Below are positions 41,351 to 50,406 of a stretch of 64,000 bases of DNA, piece after piece. Origin of the DNA: a virus. Lineage: Duplodnaviria; Caudoviricetes. Under the pieces are notes generated by a model. It worked only from the letters and a program-made list of their open reading frames with translations. It was not told where the DNA came from and did no database searches. Each line of letters opens with the position of its first letter. Position 1 is the first letter of the stretch. The position numbers were made by a program, and so were the translations under genes. The stretch covers positions 32,001-96,000 of the IMG/VR virus record IMGVR_UViG_3300043422_000045; one strand, 5' to 3'.

Positions 41351-43231
41351 ATGGCATTACAAAAATTAAGAGATTTTTATCAAGGTACGAATCCCAATAC
41401 ATTTAACGACATGTTAAAGTCAAGAGTTGTTGTAACTGAAAAGATTGCAGGAGCTTCATTTCATGTTAGAAGAGCAATGGAAGGTTTTGAGTATTTCAAA
41501 TCTGGAAATAACGAAGCTATGAATATCATAGATAGAACGTTAACTTCAGTATATGAAAATGCAATTAAACACTTTCAAAGTTTAACATTAAACGAGAAAA
41601 ATCAAATGCCAAGTGATTGGAAGTTTGGATTTGAATATTTACCAGAAGCTAATATGTCTTCTATTGAATATGATTCAACGCCTTTCAATTTTATGATATT
41701 AACGCACATTCAAGTTTTAGGAACTAATGGCAAAGCTAAAAAGGTTTTAACAGATCCTAAGGTTCTAAAAGAATGGGCACAAAAACTACAAGTACAAGGA
41801 CCATCGATCGTTTTCGACGGTATGTTAAATGAGGATCAAAAGAGAAATTTAGTGACATTGCTTTCAATGTCAAACGAATCATACGCTAAAAGATTTGGAA
41901 ATGAAGCGTTCACCAACCACGTTTACAAACTATTTAATCCAGGTGCATATAAAACCGTTTTAAATGAAGATTTGGTTAAACCAATCGACGGTTTAATAGT
42001 TTCTTTCGTAGATTCAACACAAATTAAAAGTTTTAAATTAGAAGAGTTTAAACCAGCTAATGAAGCTGAAACTTCCAATAGAGAAGCAAGTCACATGTAT
42101 CAAATTACAATGGTTGATTTGTTAGAATTCTTTTCAACAGTAGACCTAGATAGTATTGAGCTTTTAGAAACAGCGTCAGATAAAAGATATATCGAGTTGA
42201 TTTCAGCAATGTACAATTCGTATGTTAAAGAAAATGCTACTAAATATGTAGGAGTTGATTTTGGAGCAGCTGATTTTTCTAAATCTGCATTATTCAATAT
42301 CAATACAAAATACATTGACAACGAAAAGACATTAGAATATTTAGACAATCCAGTTTTAGCTGAACTTTATAAAATCATGCTAAGCTCTTTTTCTAAAAAG
42401 AAAATAAAAGAATCTGCATTGTTAAATTCAAATATCTTAGAACAATTAAATCAGATTATTGATGTAATTGAACAAAAAGTATTTGTAGAAAACGCAGATG
42501 AAAATGCAATTCACAACTTCAATAATTTCTTAATGCACAATAAGATTTCTGCTAGTAAAACTAACATGAACGAAGCATTAAAAATTAATTATTCAGAACA
42601 AGGTAAAGAAAAAGTAAATATGTTTGTTGGTAGATTCCAACCATTTACTCTTGGACATGCTAAAGTTTTAGAAACAATCCACAAACAAAATGGTTATCCA
42701 GTCGTAGTATTTTTGGTTAAAGCTGCAAAGGCTCAAAAAGACGATGCTGTTAAAAGACCGTTTGATACAGAAACACAAATTGAAATGTTTATGCAAGTGC
42801 AAAAGCAATATCCTTTCTTAAAAGAGATTTTTGTAATTCCATCAGCTGGTATAGATTTGATGTTTAATGAAATGAGACCTAAATATGAACCAGTTTTATG
42901 GGGAACAGGCACAGATCGTTTCAAAACTTATGGCTATCAAGTAAACAATGACAAATATAGAGATGAACTTGGTGTTTTACCAGAGTTTGGTTTATATGAG
43001 ATCAAAAGAGACGATGAAGATATTTCAGCAACTAAAGTTAGAGAAGCTTTATTAGCTAATGATAAAAAGACTTTTGATAAAATGACACCTAAAGCGTTAG
43101 GTCCTTTATTTAATGAACTTAAACAAAAGTTAGAAACTTCATTAAAAATTTCAGAAGCTGTTGAAACAGAAGCAAGTACGGATGTATTAACTTTTGAACA
43201 ATTTAAATTAAATACTAATATTATTAAATAA
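41351..43231 (+). CDS. RNA-ligase-like N-terminal domain fused to a HIGH-family cytidylyl/adenylyltransferase
   Basis: TEKIAG, FEY, IDGLIV and FKL ligase-like motifs; GRFQPFTLGH, GTDR and ISATKVR nucleotidyltransferase motifs. Confidence 0.7.
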   Translation: MALQKLRDFYQGTNPNTFNDMLKSRVVVTEKIAGASFHVRRAMEGFEYFKSGNNEAMNIIDRTLTSVYENAIKHFQSLTLNEKNQMPSDWKFGFEYLPEANMSSIEYDSTPFNFMILTHIQVLGTNGKAKKVLTDPKVLKEWAQKLQVQGPSIVFDGMLNEDQKRNLVTLLSMSNESYAKRFGNEAFTNHVYKLFNPGAYKTVLNEDLVKPIDGLIVSFVDSTQIKSFKLEEFKPANEAETSNREASHMYQITMVDLLEFFSTVDLDSIELLETASDKRYIELISAMYNSYVKENATKYVGVDFGAADFSKSALFNINTKYIDNEKTLEYLDNPVLAELYKIMLSSFSKKKIKESALLNSNILEQLNQIIDVIEQKVFVENADENAIHNFNNFLMHNKISASKTNMNEALKINYSEQGKEKVNMFVGRFQPFTLGHAKVLETIHKQNGYPVVVFLVKAAKAQKDDAVKRPFDTETQIEMFMQVQKQYPFLKEIFVIPSAGIDLMFNEMRPKYEPVLWGTGTDRFKTYGYQVNNDKYRDELGVLPEFGLYEIKRDDEDISATKVREALLANDKKTFDKMTPKALGPLFNELKQKLETSLKISEAVETEASTDVLTFEQFKLNTNIIK

Positions 43232-43236
43232 TAAAA

Positions 43237-44373
43237 ATGGCACAAACGCACGGAGACATTAGAGCAAAATTTGCTAGTCAATTAAATAAAAACGAAATGT
43301 TTAGAGCAATAGATGAAGCTGCAAATGATTCATTAAATGGAGAAGTAAATGCTCCAGGTTCTCAGCATCGTAACATGGTTTTAATCGATCAAATCAAAAA
43401 GAATGGTAAAATTCAAGATTATATAAATTTTGCATCTTTGTACCCTAATGGACAAGCATCTGCAGCACTTATTAATTTTATAGCTAGTTTAAATCCAAAA
43501 GATTCAATTGAATTAGCAAACAGTTTAGCTTCTTTAAAATCTCCAAGTGAATTAACGATTTCGATGTATTCAAATAAAGGTAGTGTATTAGGTAGATTAT
43601 TCGATTGTATTCCTTCGAGAGGTTTAGGTCGTGGAGAACCATTAATCGCATGGATGATTAAAGGTGCTGAAATCCAAGGTGGTAGTGAAAGCTTTGACGT
43701 TAAAATCGGTAAAGATAAATACGAAGTTAAAGATTATTCAGGACAAGGAAATGCAGCTATTTTAGCAGGTGTTCGTTCTAAAGTAAGTAACTTTGAATTC
43801 TGGAAAGAATTAGTAGATACTCTAAGAAGACTTGATAAACTAACAGGGTTTTCAACACGTTCTAAATTTGATGTATCTTTATATTTTACACCAGAGCTAG
43901 TATCATCTATTAATGCTTTATTAAATAGACAACACGTTATTTTATCAGGAGAATGTAATCTTTCTGATTTAGCTAATTTTAGAAATTTTTATCAACAAGC
44001 TAGTCAAATTCAAAATTTCATGCATGGCTACACTAATGTTATTTTAAGAGGTCCAAATGTAAAACCAATTGAATTAAGCATTGATTTATTAGATCCATCT
44101 GATGTTTCTGGAGATACAATCACATTCCATATTGCTAAAGCAGATCAAACAGATACCTATGTTTTATCAGAATTAAAGCGTTTAAAATACGTTAGAAATC
44201 CAAAGGACTTAGATAATGATATGCAAAAAGCAGTTGATCAAATCCATGCAGGTTTAACATATATCGTATTTAGAAAAGATGCTATTAATGTAACAACTGA
44301 TTTTGTTCCAACTGCAATTTCAATTTCAAGTTTAAAATTTGTTGAAAGAAGCATTAAAAATCCAACAGAATAA
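43237..44373 (+). CDS. Putative PD-(D/E)xK nuclease-fold protein
   Basis: GRGE...FDVKIGKDKYEVK motif. Confidence 0.5.
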   Translation: MAQTHGDIRAKFASQLNKNEMFRAIDEAANDSLNGEVNAPGSQHRNMVLIDQIKKNGKIQDYINFASLYPNGQASAALINFIASLNPKDSIELANSLASLKSPSELTISMYSNKGSVLGRLFDCIPSRGLGRGEPLIAWMIKGAEIQGGSESFDVKIGKDKYEVKDYSGQGNAAILAGVRSKVSNFEFWKELVDTLRRLDKLTGFSTRSKFDVSLYFTPELVSSINALLNRQHVILSGECNLSDLANFRNFYQQASQIQNFMHGYTNVILRGPNVKPIELSIDLLDPSDVSGDTITFHIAKADQTDTYVLSELKRLKYVRNPKDLDNDMQKAVDQIHAGLTYIVFRKDAINVTTDFVPTAISISSLKFVERSIKNPTE

Positions 44374-44413
44374 TATTATCTTAATATATAGATAAAGAAA
44401 AATAATAAAAACT

Positions 44414-46420
44414 ATGAATTTTCAAAACTTTCTTAATGAGAAATATAGCAAAGATGACATCAATACAGCGTATGGCTTCTTTGGCGCTATGGAAGATGCG
44501 CATAATGAAAAAATAGCATACGAAATATTTGATGCAGCTGTTAAAGACTTGATGAAAGAATTTGGTCTTAAAGATGTTGAAGCTGTAGCTTTATTAAATA
44601 GCAAAGCGGGTAGACAAGCAGCTGATGCAATTATTGCAGGAGAATGCGATGACAGTGCGGTAGCAGGAATGTATTGGTATTTTGGTAAAAACAACAAATC
44701 AAAAATCGTTAGCGCTGCTAAAAGTGCAATTAGTGAATCTAACGAATTAGACGAAGCTTCTAAATTTGGAGCTCCAGCTGGTTTAACTAAAGCTCAAACT
44801 AAAAAGGTTGCAGAAACTTTAGCTAAAGCAATGTCAAAGACTGATAACGCTAAAGTAACGGTTAATCTTAGAACATTAGAAGAAGATTCTTTTGATTTAG
44901 ATTATAACGGAGAAGAATATGATGGCGGTTCATATAATATTTATGATGACGGTTCTGTTGTTAATCATGCAGTAACACCTAATGAAATTTATGGAACTTC
45001 TGATTCTTCAGTTGAAGATTTTATTAAAGGTTTAAAAAAGCCTATTAAAGAATCTGAAGAAGTAACAGAATCTAAAATTACTTTAAAGAGACAATATACT
45101 GAAAATTATCCAGCTAAAACAACTGGAAAGTATGCTGCTGTTAGAAATAAAATCATCGAAGCTTTAAAAGACGGTGAATTAACTAAAGAAGAATTTGACA
45201 CTTTAGTTTCTGGTTTAACAGAAGATTCTAAAAGATGGTTAAGAAGAAATTCAACCTTCTTTAATATACAAGAAGATAAAGTTGGTTTAACAAAATCTGG
45301 TCAAAAAATAGCAGCTGCTCTTTTTCAAGCGGAAGATGTTAATAGCAACTTAAAAACAAACGAAAATAACAATACAAATATGAAAACTAAATTCATTTAT
45401 GAATCATTTTCTGAATTCGTTAATTCAATTGATGAGTCTTTTGAATTAGTTTCAGAATCATTTAAATCATCTATGTTAGCTGGTTTATTTACAAGACAAG
45501 GTAAATTTGATGCTACATTAGCAAAAGCATTTTACGGAGCTACTAAATTAAAATTAGATCAAATTGAAGATGAAGATTTAATTACTACAACGCCTGCATT
45601 AGCATACAAAAACAAATTAGAAAGCTCTATTGTTTTTTATATCTCTGATGTAGAAAAACCAAATACGTATGCACCTTCAGATGCATATTATACAAGTAAA
45701 ACAATTCCAGGTGAAGGCTATTTATTGGCTGTAGCTTCAGGAGATAATAAATTCTATGATAACGTTTGGACTGGTGGAAGATGGGACAGAAATCCAAAAA
45801 ATAGAACATTAAAACAAGTTGATAATAATCCAAGTGATTCAATCGGTATTAATAAAAAATACAGCGGATGGGATGCAACAGGACTTTACAATGTTAAAAG
45901 AATTTCAGAAGTAGCTGATAGAGCAATTGTAATCAATACATCTTTATTGAGACAAAAATATTCAGCAGAAGCTGAAAGAGCAGAAAGAGCAGCAGCTAAA
46001 AAAGGTGCAATTGCATTTAAATCAGATAAAGATTTTAAAGCTGAAAACATGGCAAGATATAATCAAATCATTGCTCAGAAAGCCACTCAAATGCCAATGG
46101 ACAGTTTAGTTTCAAAAGCAATCGAAAGAATGTCTGAACAAATCAAAGACGGTTTAGCTAAACAAACTAAAGGACGTTATGGTGAAATTATCGTAGGTAC
46201 AAATGCAAAAGGCGCTGAAGCTAAATTAGCAGATGTTGCTAATCACATGCAGCGTATTTTAGATGATTATTCTGGATATGTTCGTGTTGTTGCACAACAA
46301 GAAGATTCAGTTGCTAAATATGGTGAAGCAGAATCTTGGTATAAAAGAGAAGTTGAACAAAAAGCTAAAGAACTTAAAGACAGACTTGATAAAATAGAAT
46401 CATTCTCTTATATCTGGTAA
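44414..46420 (+). CDS. Multi-module putative capsid-internal polyprotein
   Basis: MNFQNFLNE leader; internal linkers ESNELDE/A and ESEEVTE/S; second CTS-like motif IYESFSEFVN...LVSE/S. Confidence 0.5.
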   Translation: MNFQNFLNEKYSKDDINTAYGFFGAMEDAHNEKIAYEIFDAAVKDLMKEFGLKDVEAVALLNSKAGRQAADAIIAGECDDSAVAGMYWYFGKNNKSKIVSAAKSAISESNELDEASKFGAPAGLTKAQTKKVAETLAKAMSKTDNAKVTVNLRTLEEDSFDLDYNGEEYDGGSYNIYDDGSVVNHAVTPNEIYGTSDSSVEDFIKGLKKPIKESEEVTESKITLKRQYTENYPAKTTGKYAAVRNKIIEALKDGELTKEEFDTLVSGLTEDSKRWLRRNSTFFNIQEDKVGLTKSGQKIAAALFQAEDVNSNLKTNENNNTNMKTKFIYESFSEFVNSIDESFELVSESFKSSMLAGLFTRQGKFDATLAKAFYGATKLKLDQIEDEDLITTTPALAYKNKLESSIVFYISDVEKPNTYAPSDAYYTSKTIPGEGYLLAVASGDNKFYDNVWTGGRWDRNPKNRTLKQVDNNPSDSIGINKKYSGWDATGLYNVKRISEVADRAIVINTSLLRQKYSAEAERAERAAAKKGAIAFKSDKDFKAENMARYNQIIAQKATQMPMDSLVSKAIERMSEQIKDGLAKQTKGRYGEIIVGTNAKGAEAKLADVANHMQRILDDYSGYVRVVAQQEDSVAKYGEAESWYKREVEQKAKELKDRLDKIESFSYIW

Positions 46421-46450
46421 TAAACAAAGAACAAAATAGACAAATATAAA

Positions 46451-46969
46451 ATGAAACACATTCAATTATTCGAACAATTTATTAACGAAGCTAGAGCTGA
46501 AGTTAAATTAGGTAGAGTGACACCTAAAAACATAGATGAAAAGGCACAACAAGTGTTAGAAGTTTTACAAGACGCGGTTGGTAAAACTATCAACGGAGAA
46601 GAACTTAAAAAAATGGTTGGTAGAAACTGGGGAGGTCCAGGTGCAAGTAAAGGTCTTAAAAATGCTAAAATTGAAATTATTGCAGTTCACGTAGGACATA
46701 ATAATAGCTATATTTCTATGCAATTTATATATAAGACTGATTCAGATTTATTCGATAACCACGCCGAAGGTAATCAAAAATTAAAAGATCTTGAAGGTTG
46801 GGCCAAAGTAGCAGACGGTATGCGTTCTATGAAAGCAATTGACGGTAGTAATAAAGAATATAAAAGCGATGCATCGCACCAAGTCAAAGAACTTGTATTT
46901 AATAGTTTAAGTCCTAAAAACTTAGAAAATGCATTATCTATTTTAAAATTAGGTGATATTATCCTATAA
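46451..46969 (+). CDS. Putative internal head protein
   Basis: MKHIQLFEQFINE/A CTS-like leader. Confidence 0.55.
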   Translation: MKHIQLFEQFINEARAEVKLGRVTPKNIDEKAQQVLEVLQDAVGKTINGEELKKMVGRNWGGPGASKGLKNAKIEIIAVHVGHNNSYISMQFIYKTDSDLFDNHAEGNQKLKDLEGWAKVADGMRSMKAIDGSNKEYKSDASHQVKELVFNSLSPKNLENALSILKLGDIIL

Positions 46970-46983
46970 AATAAAACACAAAC

Positions 46984-47430
46984 ATGCCAGCAAAATCAAA
47001 AGCACAACAAAGATTAATGGGACTAGCTTATTCAGTTAAGCAGGGTTACATGGATATTGCTCAAGTCGGTGCAGAGTATAAAGATAAAGTTAAAGAACTT
47101 GTTAATTCAATGAGTATCGAACAACTTAAAGATTATGCTACTACGCCGCATGAAGGTTTACCAGACACTGTAGAATCAGACTCAAACGAATCTATGGGTT
47201 TTGCAACTGGTTCGAGCGGACCGCAATCTATTGGAATGCCAGGTATGGGTATGGGCAAAATAGCTTTGCCAGATTTAGGCACAGGTGCTGTTGGTTCTGG
47301 AGATAAACCAGCCGGTAGAGGTGATGCCGATGATGAATACGAAAAAGAAAAGAAGAAGAAAAAGAAACGCGAGAAAAAGCTAGCGAAATCATACGAATCT
47401 TTTATTTTCGAAAAGTATGGAAAGCTTTAA
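46984..47430 (+). CDS. DUF3008-like protein with C-terminal CTS-like motif
   Basis: MPAKSKAQQRLMG.A...MS..QLKDYA.T.H.GLP; C-terminal KSYESFIFE. Confidence 0.55.
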   Translation: MPAKSKAQQRLMGLAYSVKQGYMDIAQVGAEYKDKVKELVNSMSIEQLKDYATTPHEGLPDTVESDSNESMGFATGSSGPQSIGMPGMGMGKIALPDLGTGAVGSGDKPAGRGDADDEYEKEKKKKKKREKKLAKSYESFIFEKYGKL

Positions 47431-47431
47431 A

Positions 47432-47472
47432 TAAACAAATTAAAAAAACTCAGTATAAAAACTGAGTTTTTT
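47432..47472 (+). terminator. Terminator hairpin overlapping a middle-type promoter (TAAACA-N16-TATAA)
   Basis: aaaaaactcagt / actgagtttttt. Confidence 0.6.
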
Positions 47473-47485
47473 ATTTTATAAAGAT

Positions 47486-47728
47486 ATGGATATATTTAAA
47501 ATATTTAAAGTAGATTATGAAAGGTGGTCGCATGCAGCTATTGATAAAATAATCAAATGCGTAGATACTTCTAATACAGAAGAACATTTTGAAACTTGTA
47601 AAAGAATGATAGATCAATTCGTATTAGCTTCTGTTGTAAATTCTAATTTTAATGCAGATGAATTACAAAGAATTACTAAATTAATAAACACATATTTAAA
47701 TACTAAAAAAAGTCTAACCGTTGGTTAG
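47486..47728 (+). CDS. Hypothetical protein
   Basis: 80-aa ORF bracketed by a promoter motif and a terminator. Confidence 0.55.
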   Translation: MDIFKIFKVDYERWSHAAIDKIIKCVDTSNTEEHFETCKRMIDQFVLASVVNSNFNADELQRITKLINTYLNTKKSLTVG

Positions 47729-47736
47729 ACTTTTTT
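47705..47736. terminator. Bidirectional intrinsic terminator between convergent genes
   Basis: aaaaaaagtctaacc gtt ggttagactttttt. Confidence 0.75.
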
Positions 47737-47738
47737 AT

Positions 47739-47870
47739 TTAACGACCTTGTCCTCTATACTTTTTCTTGTAGTTTTTAGAGTGCTTGTTGTTAGATTGTT
47801 TCTTTGATGCTTTACCAGATTTTTTAGTCTTTTGAAAAGCGCCACCGTTTGGAGAAGAAGCTTTAGCCAT
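47739..47870 (-). CDS. Small basic protein (43 aa) ending YRGQGR, missed by the ORF track
   Basis: Manual translation MAKASSPNGGAFQKTKKSGKASKKQSNNKHSKNYKKKYRGQGR*; AATAAATA late-type motif upstream and a terminator downstream. Confidence 0.7.
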   Translation of the reverse strand: MAKASSPNGGAFQKTKKSGKASKKQSNNKHSKNYKKKYRGQGR

Positions 47871-47993
47871 TGGTTATCAATAGTTTATTTGAGTCGGTTA
47901 TTCGACAAACTATTTATTAAAAAAGTTGCTAAAATATTTTTATATTTGAGATTTTTTTTGTATATTTACTACATAATTAAAAGAAATAAAAAA

Positions 47994-48467
47994 ATGAATA
48001 CACAAGATAAAGATTTTGCACCTCTTATATGGACTGCAGTTCAATGCTATAATAAAGCAAGCGACGATTATTCTAAAAAGAAACTTAAAGAAGCTTTAAA
48101 AGATTGTTTAAAAAAATGGAGTGATCAACCTGTTAAAATGATTTCAGAGGCAGTTCAAAACTTAAATATAGATGGTACTAAAAATCCATTTGATTTAATG
48201 TGGACTGACAGAAATATTTTCGGTAAGATTAATAATAAATCTATGATCGTATGGGAACATACAACGCCTTTGAATGAATTTTATCAAACGTTGGTTAAAT
48301 GTAAATCTTTTGAAGAAATAGAAATGGCTCTATCAAATTATAGTGGAGTATGTTGGATTACTAGAGATGAAGATAATCTTTTAAATAAGAATAAATTTAG
48401 ATCTAATAGACCAGGTGGATGGGAGTCTTGTTATAGTTCATGTGGAATTAAACTTATTAAAAAATAA
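47994..48467 (+). CDS. Hypothetical protein, possible His-Me finger/HNH-like nuclease
   Basis: WEHTTP...CWITRDEDNLLN; ATG at 47994 follows early promoter motifs at 47941 and 47961. Confidence 0.45.
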   Translation: MNTQDKDFAPLIWTAVQCYNKASDDYSKKKLKEALKDCLKKWSDQPVKMISEAVQNLNIDGTKNPFDLMWTDRNIFGKINNKSMIVWEHTTPLNEFYQTLVKCKSFEEIEMALSNYSGVCWITRDEDNLLNKNKFRSNRPGGWESCYSSCGIKLIKK

Positions 48468-48730
48468 TGAAACCATATACAATTTATTATTTACATTACA
48501 AAGATGAAATGCTATTAGTTCCAAACTGGAGCAATAAGTCTGATTTCGTTGCTTGTGTAATGGCTGAAGATGCTCAAATGGCCATAGATAAAGTAAAAGC
48601 ATTTACATGTGGCTTTATTAAAGTTATGGGAGTTGCCTCGGGTAGAGAAGACTGGGTAAATGAAAATGGTCCAATCGACAATGGTAAAATTATGCCTTTA
48701 GGTGGTTGGCCAAAAACTGAAACAAATTAA
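48467..48730 (+). CDS. Hypothetical protein
   Basis: TAATG-coupled ORF. Confidence 0.5.
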   Translation: MKPYTIYYLHYKDEMLLVPNWSNKSDFVACVMAEDAQMAIDKVKAFTCGFIKVMGVASGREDWVNENGPIDNGKIMPLGGWPKTETN

Positions 48731-48746
48731 TTCGTATAAATATAAT
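48719..48746 (+). promoter_or_regulatory. Middle-type promoter GAAACA-N16-TATAAT heading the modification cluster
   Basis: Conserved motif and spacing. Confidence 0.6.
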
Positions 48747-48762
48747 ATCTAAAACATAATCT

Positions 48763-49062
48763 ATGAACATATTAGACCAAGCAAACAAGATTATTAATGA
48801 ACGCTCTGAAGAAAAAGAACGTCAATATGGTCCATTTGAAGAAGGTATGCGCAGAGCCGCACAAATTGCCAGCGGTATGACTGGTAAAGATTTTTCTGGT
48901 AGTGACATGTATGCAGCTTTAGTTGCATTAAAATTAAGTCGTCACTCATACAACTACAAACAAGATAATTTATTAGATGCAGTAGCTTACTTAGGTGCTC
49001 TAGATAATTATGTTGAAAAATTCGGTTATAAAGACACTGAAAAACCAGTTACGAATGAATAA
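48763..49062 (+). CDS. DUF6378-like all-alpha nucleotide pyrophosphatase-type protein
   Basis: IL..A..II..R...QYG...ALKLSR......DN..D...Y pattern. Confidence 0.65.
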   Translation: MNILDQANKIINERSEEKERQYGPFEEGMRRAAQIASGMTGKDFSGSDMYAALVALKLSRHSYNYKQDNLLDAVAYLGALDNYVEKFGYKDTEKPVTNE

Positions 49063-50134
49063 TCAAGAGTTTAGTTATTTTACAGACTACGTTACTGACA
49101 AATCAGCTAAGATTGGTATTTCAGCTCTTGTTGGTAAATTAAGCCCTAAGATTAGTTCACATAAATCTGCGTGGTGTTTTATGATTGCCAATCAATTGAC
49201 AAATGCTGGATTTGAAAGCGTAGATGTTATCACATCAAACGAAACTGATTGGAATAACTATGACATTATCTTAATCGATCATGGTATGGAATTCAAAGGC
49301 AACTTTAATATTTTTGGAGGAGCTAATGATGATTTATACAATCAAATAATTCGCATTAAGAGTAAAGTTAAGATGTACAGTTTACATCATGAGATGCCAT
49401 GTATTGGCGCTTTAATTGAACAACGATTAAAAACAGGTACAGATTTGTTTAAGACTTTAGAACAAGATATTGATTTGATCAAAGGTATTTGTGCCAATGA
49501 CATTCCTAAAATAGATCATATTGAAAAAACAGACAAGCTTTGTTTTGGTGATAGTCACTCATTTGGAATGTATCAAGCTGGTTATATGTGTCAAAGACAC
49601 GATGGTTTAACAATGCACGGCGCTCTTAAAAGAGGATTAGATTCTTACATTTATCCGTGGATAAAAACACTAACGTGTTATATGGGTAATATTGATGTTA
49701 GACATCACTTGATGAGACAAGCTAATCCTAAAAATGCAGTTGAAATCATGATGAAAAATTATGAGCAACAACTTAAATCATTACAAGAAAACGGAGTTAG
49801 TAACATCGAATTGATCCATGTTTTACCAATCGAAAATGAATCAAGAGTTTTACCAAAAACAGGTTATTATAAAGACACTCCATTTTATGGCTCTTGGTTA
49901 GAACGTACTCAATTGTCTAAAGAAATCAATAACTATATTGATGAAATGTGCAAAAGAAATAATTGGAAAGTTTACAAACATTCGGATGTTTATTTTAATG
50001 ATAAAGGTGAATTAACATTTGATGTGATGGAACAACCAAAATCTGTTCATATTTCTAGAGAGTATTATCGATGGGACATGGCAGCAAATTGCCCAAACAA
50101 AAGATTAGAAAAGAAAACAATGTCTTTATTTTAA
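49055..50134 (+). CDS. Two-domain protein with SGNH/GDSL-like hydrolase/acyltransferase domain
   Basis: FGDSHS, GNIDVRHH and C-terminal SVH; ATG at 49055 preferred. Confidence 0.55.
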   Translation: MNNQEFSYFTDYVTDKSAKIGISALVGKLSPKISSHKSAWCFMIANQLTNAGFESVDVITSNETDWNNYDIILIDHGMEFKGNFNIFGGANDDLYNQIIRIKSKVKMYSLHHEMPCIGALIEQRLKTGTDLFKTLEQDIDLIKGICANDIPKIDHIEKTDKLCFGDSHSFGMYQAGYMCQRHDGLTMHGALKRGLDSYIYPWIKTLTCYMGNIDVRHHLMRQANPKNAVEIMMKNYEQQLKSLQENGVSNIELIHVLPIENESRVLPKTGYYKDTPFYGSWLERTQLSKEINNYIDEMCKRNNWKVYKHSDVYFNDKGELTFDVMEQPKSVHISREYYRWDMAANCPNKRLEKKTMSLF

Positions 50135-50151
50135 GACGCAAACATAAATTT

Positions 50152-50406
50152 ATGAAATATTTATATTTTTCTGCACCTTGGTGTGGACCTTGTAGAACGT
50201 TAGGACCAATTATGGAAAAGGTTGGCCAAAAGTACACTGTTGAAAAAATTAACGTAGATGAGAACGAAGAGTTATCAGCACAATTTGGAATTAGAAGCGT
50301 GCCTACTGTTATTTTAGTAGATGAATCAAATAAAGAATTAGAGCGTACTGTCGGTGTAAAAGCTGAAGGAGACTATTACGATATTTTTGAAAAGCATAAC
50401 GCATAA
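50152..50406 (+). CDS. trxA: Thioredoxin
   Basis: FSAPWCGPC and IRSVPT; ATG at 50152. Confidence 0.9.
   Translation: MKYLYFSAPWCGPCRTLGPIMEKVGQKYTVEKINVDENEELSAQFGIRSVPTVILVDESNKELERTVGVKAEGDYYDIFEKHNA

Noticed and set aside
47832-47993. Extended TTG start of the 47832-48467 ORF
   Set aside because: It overlaps the minus-strand microprotein and promoter motifs; ATG at 47994 has a typical A-rich leader.
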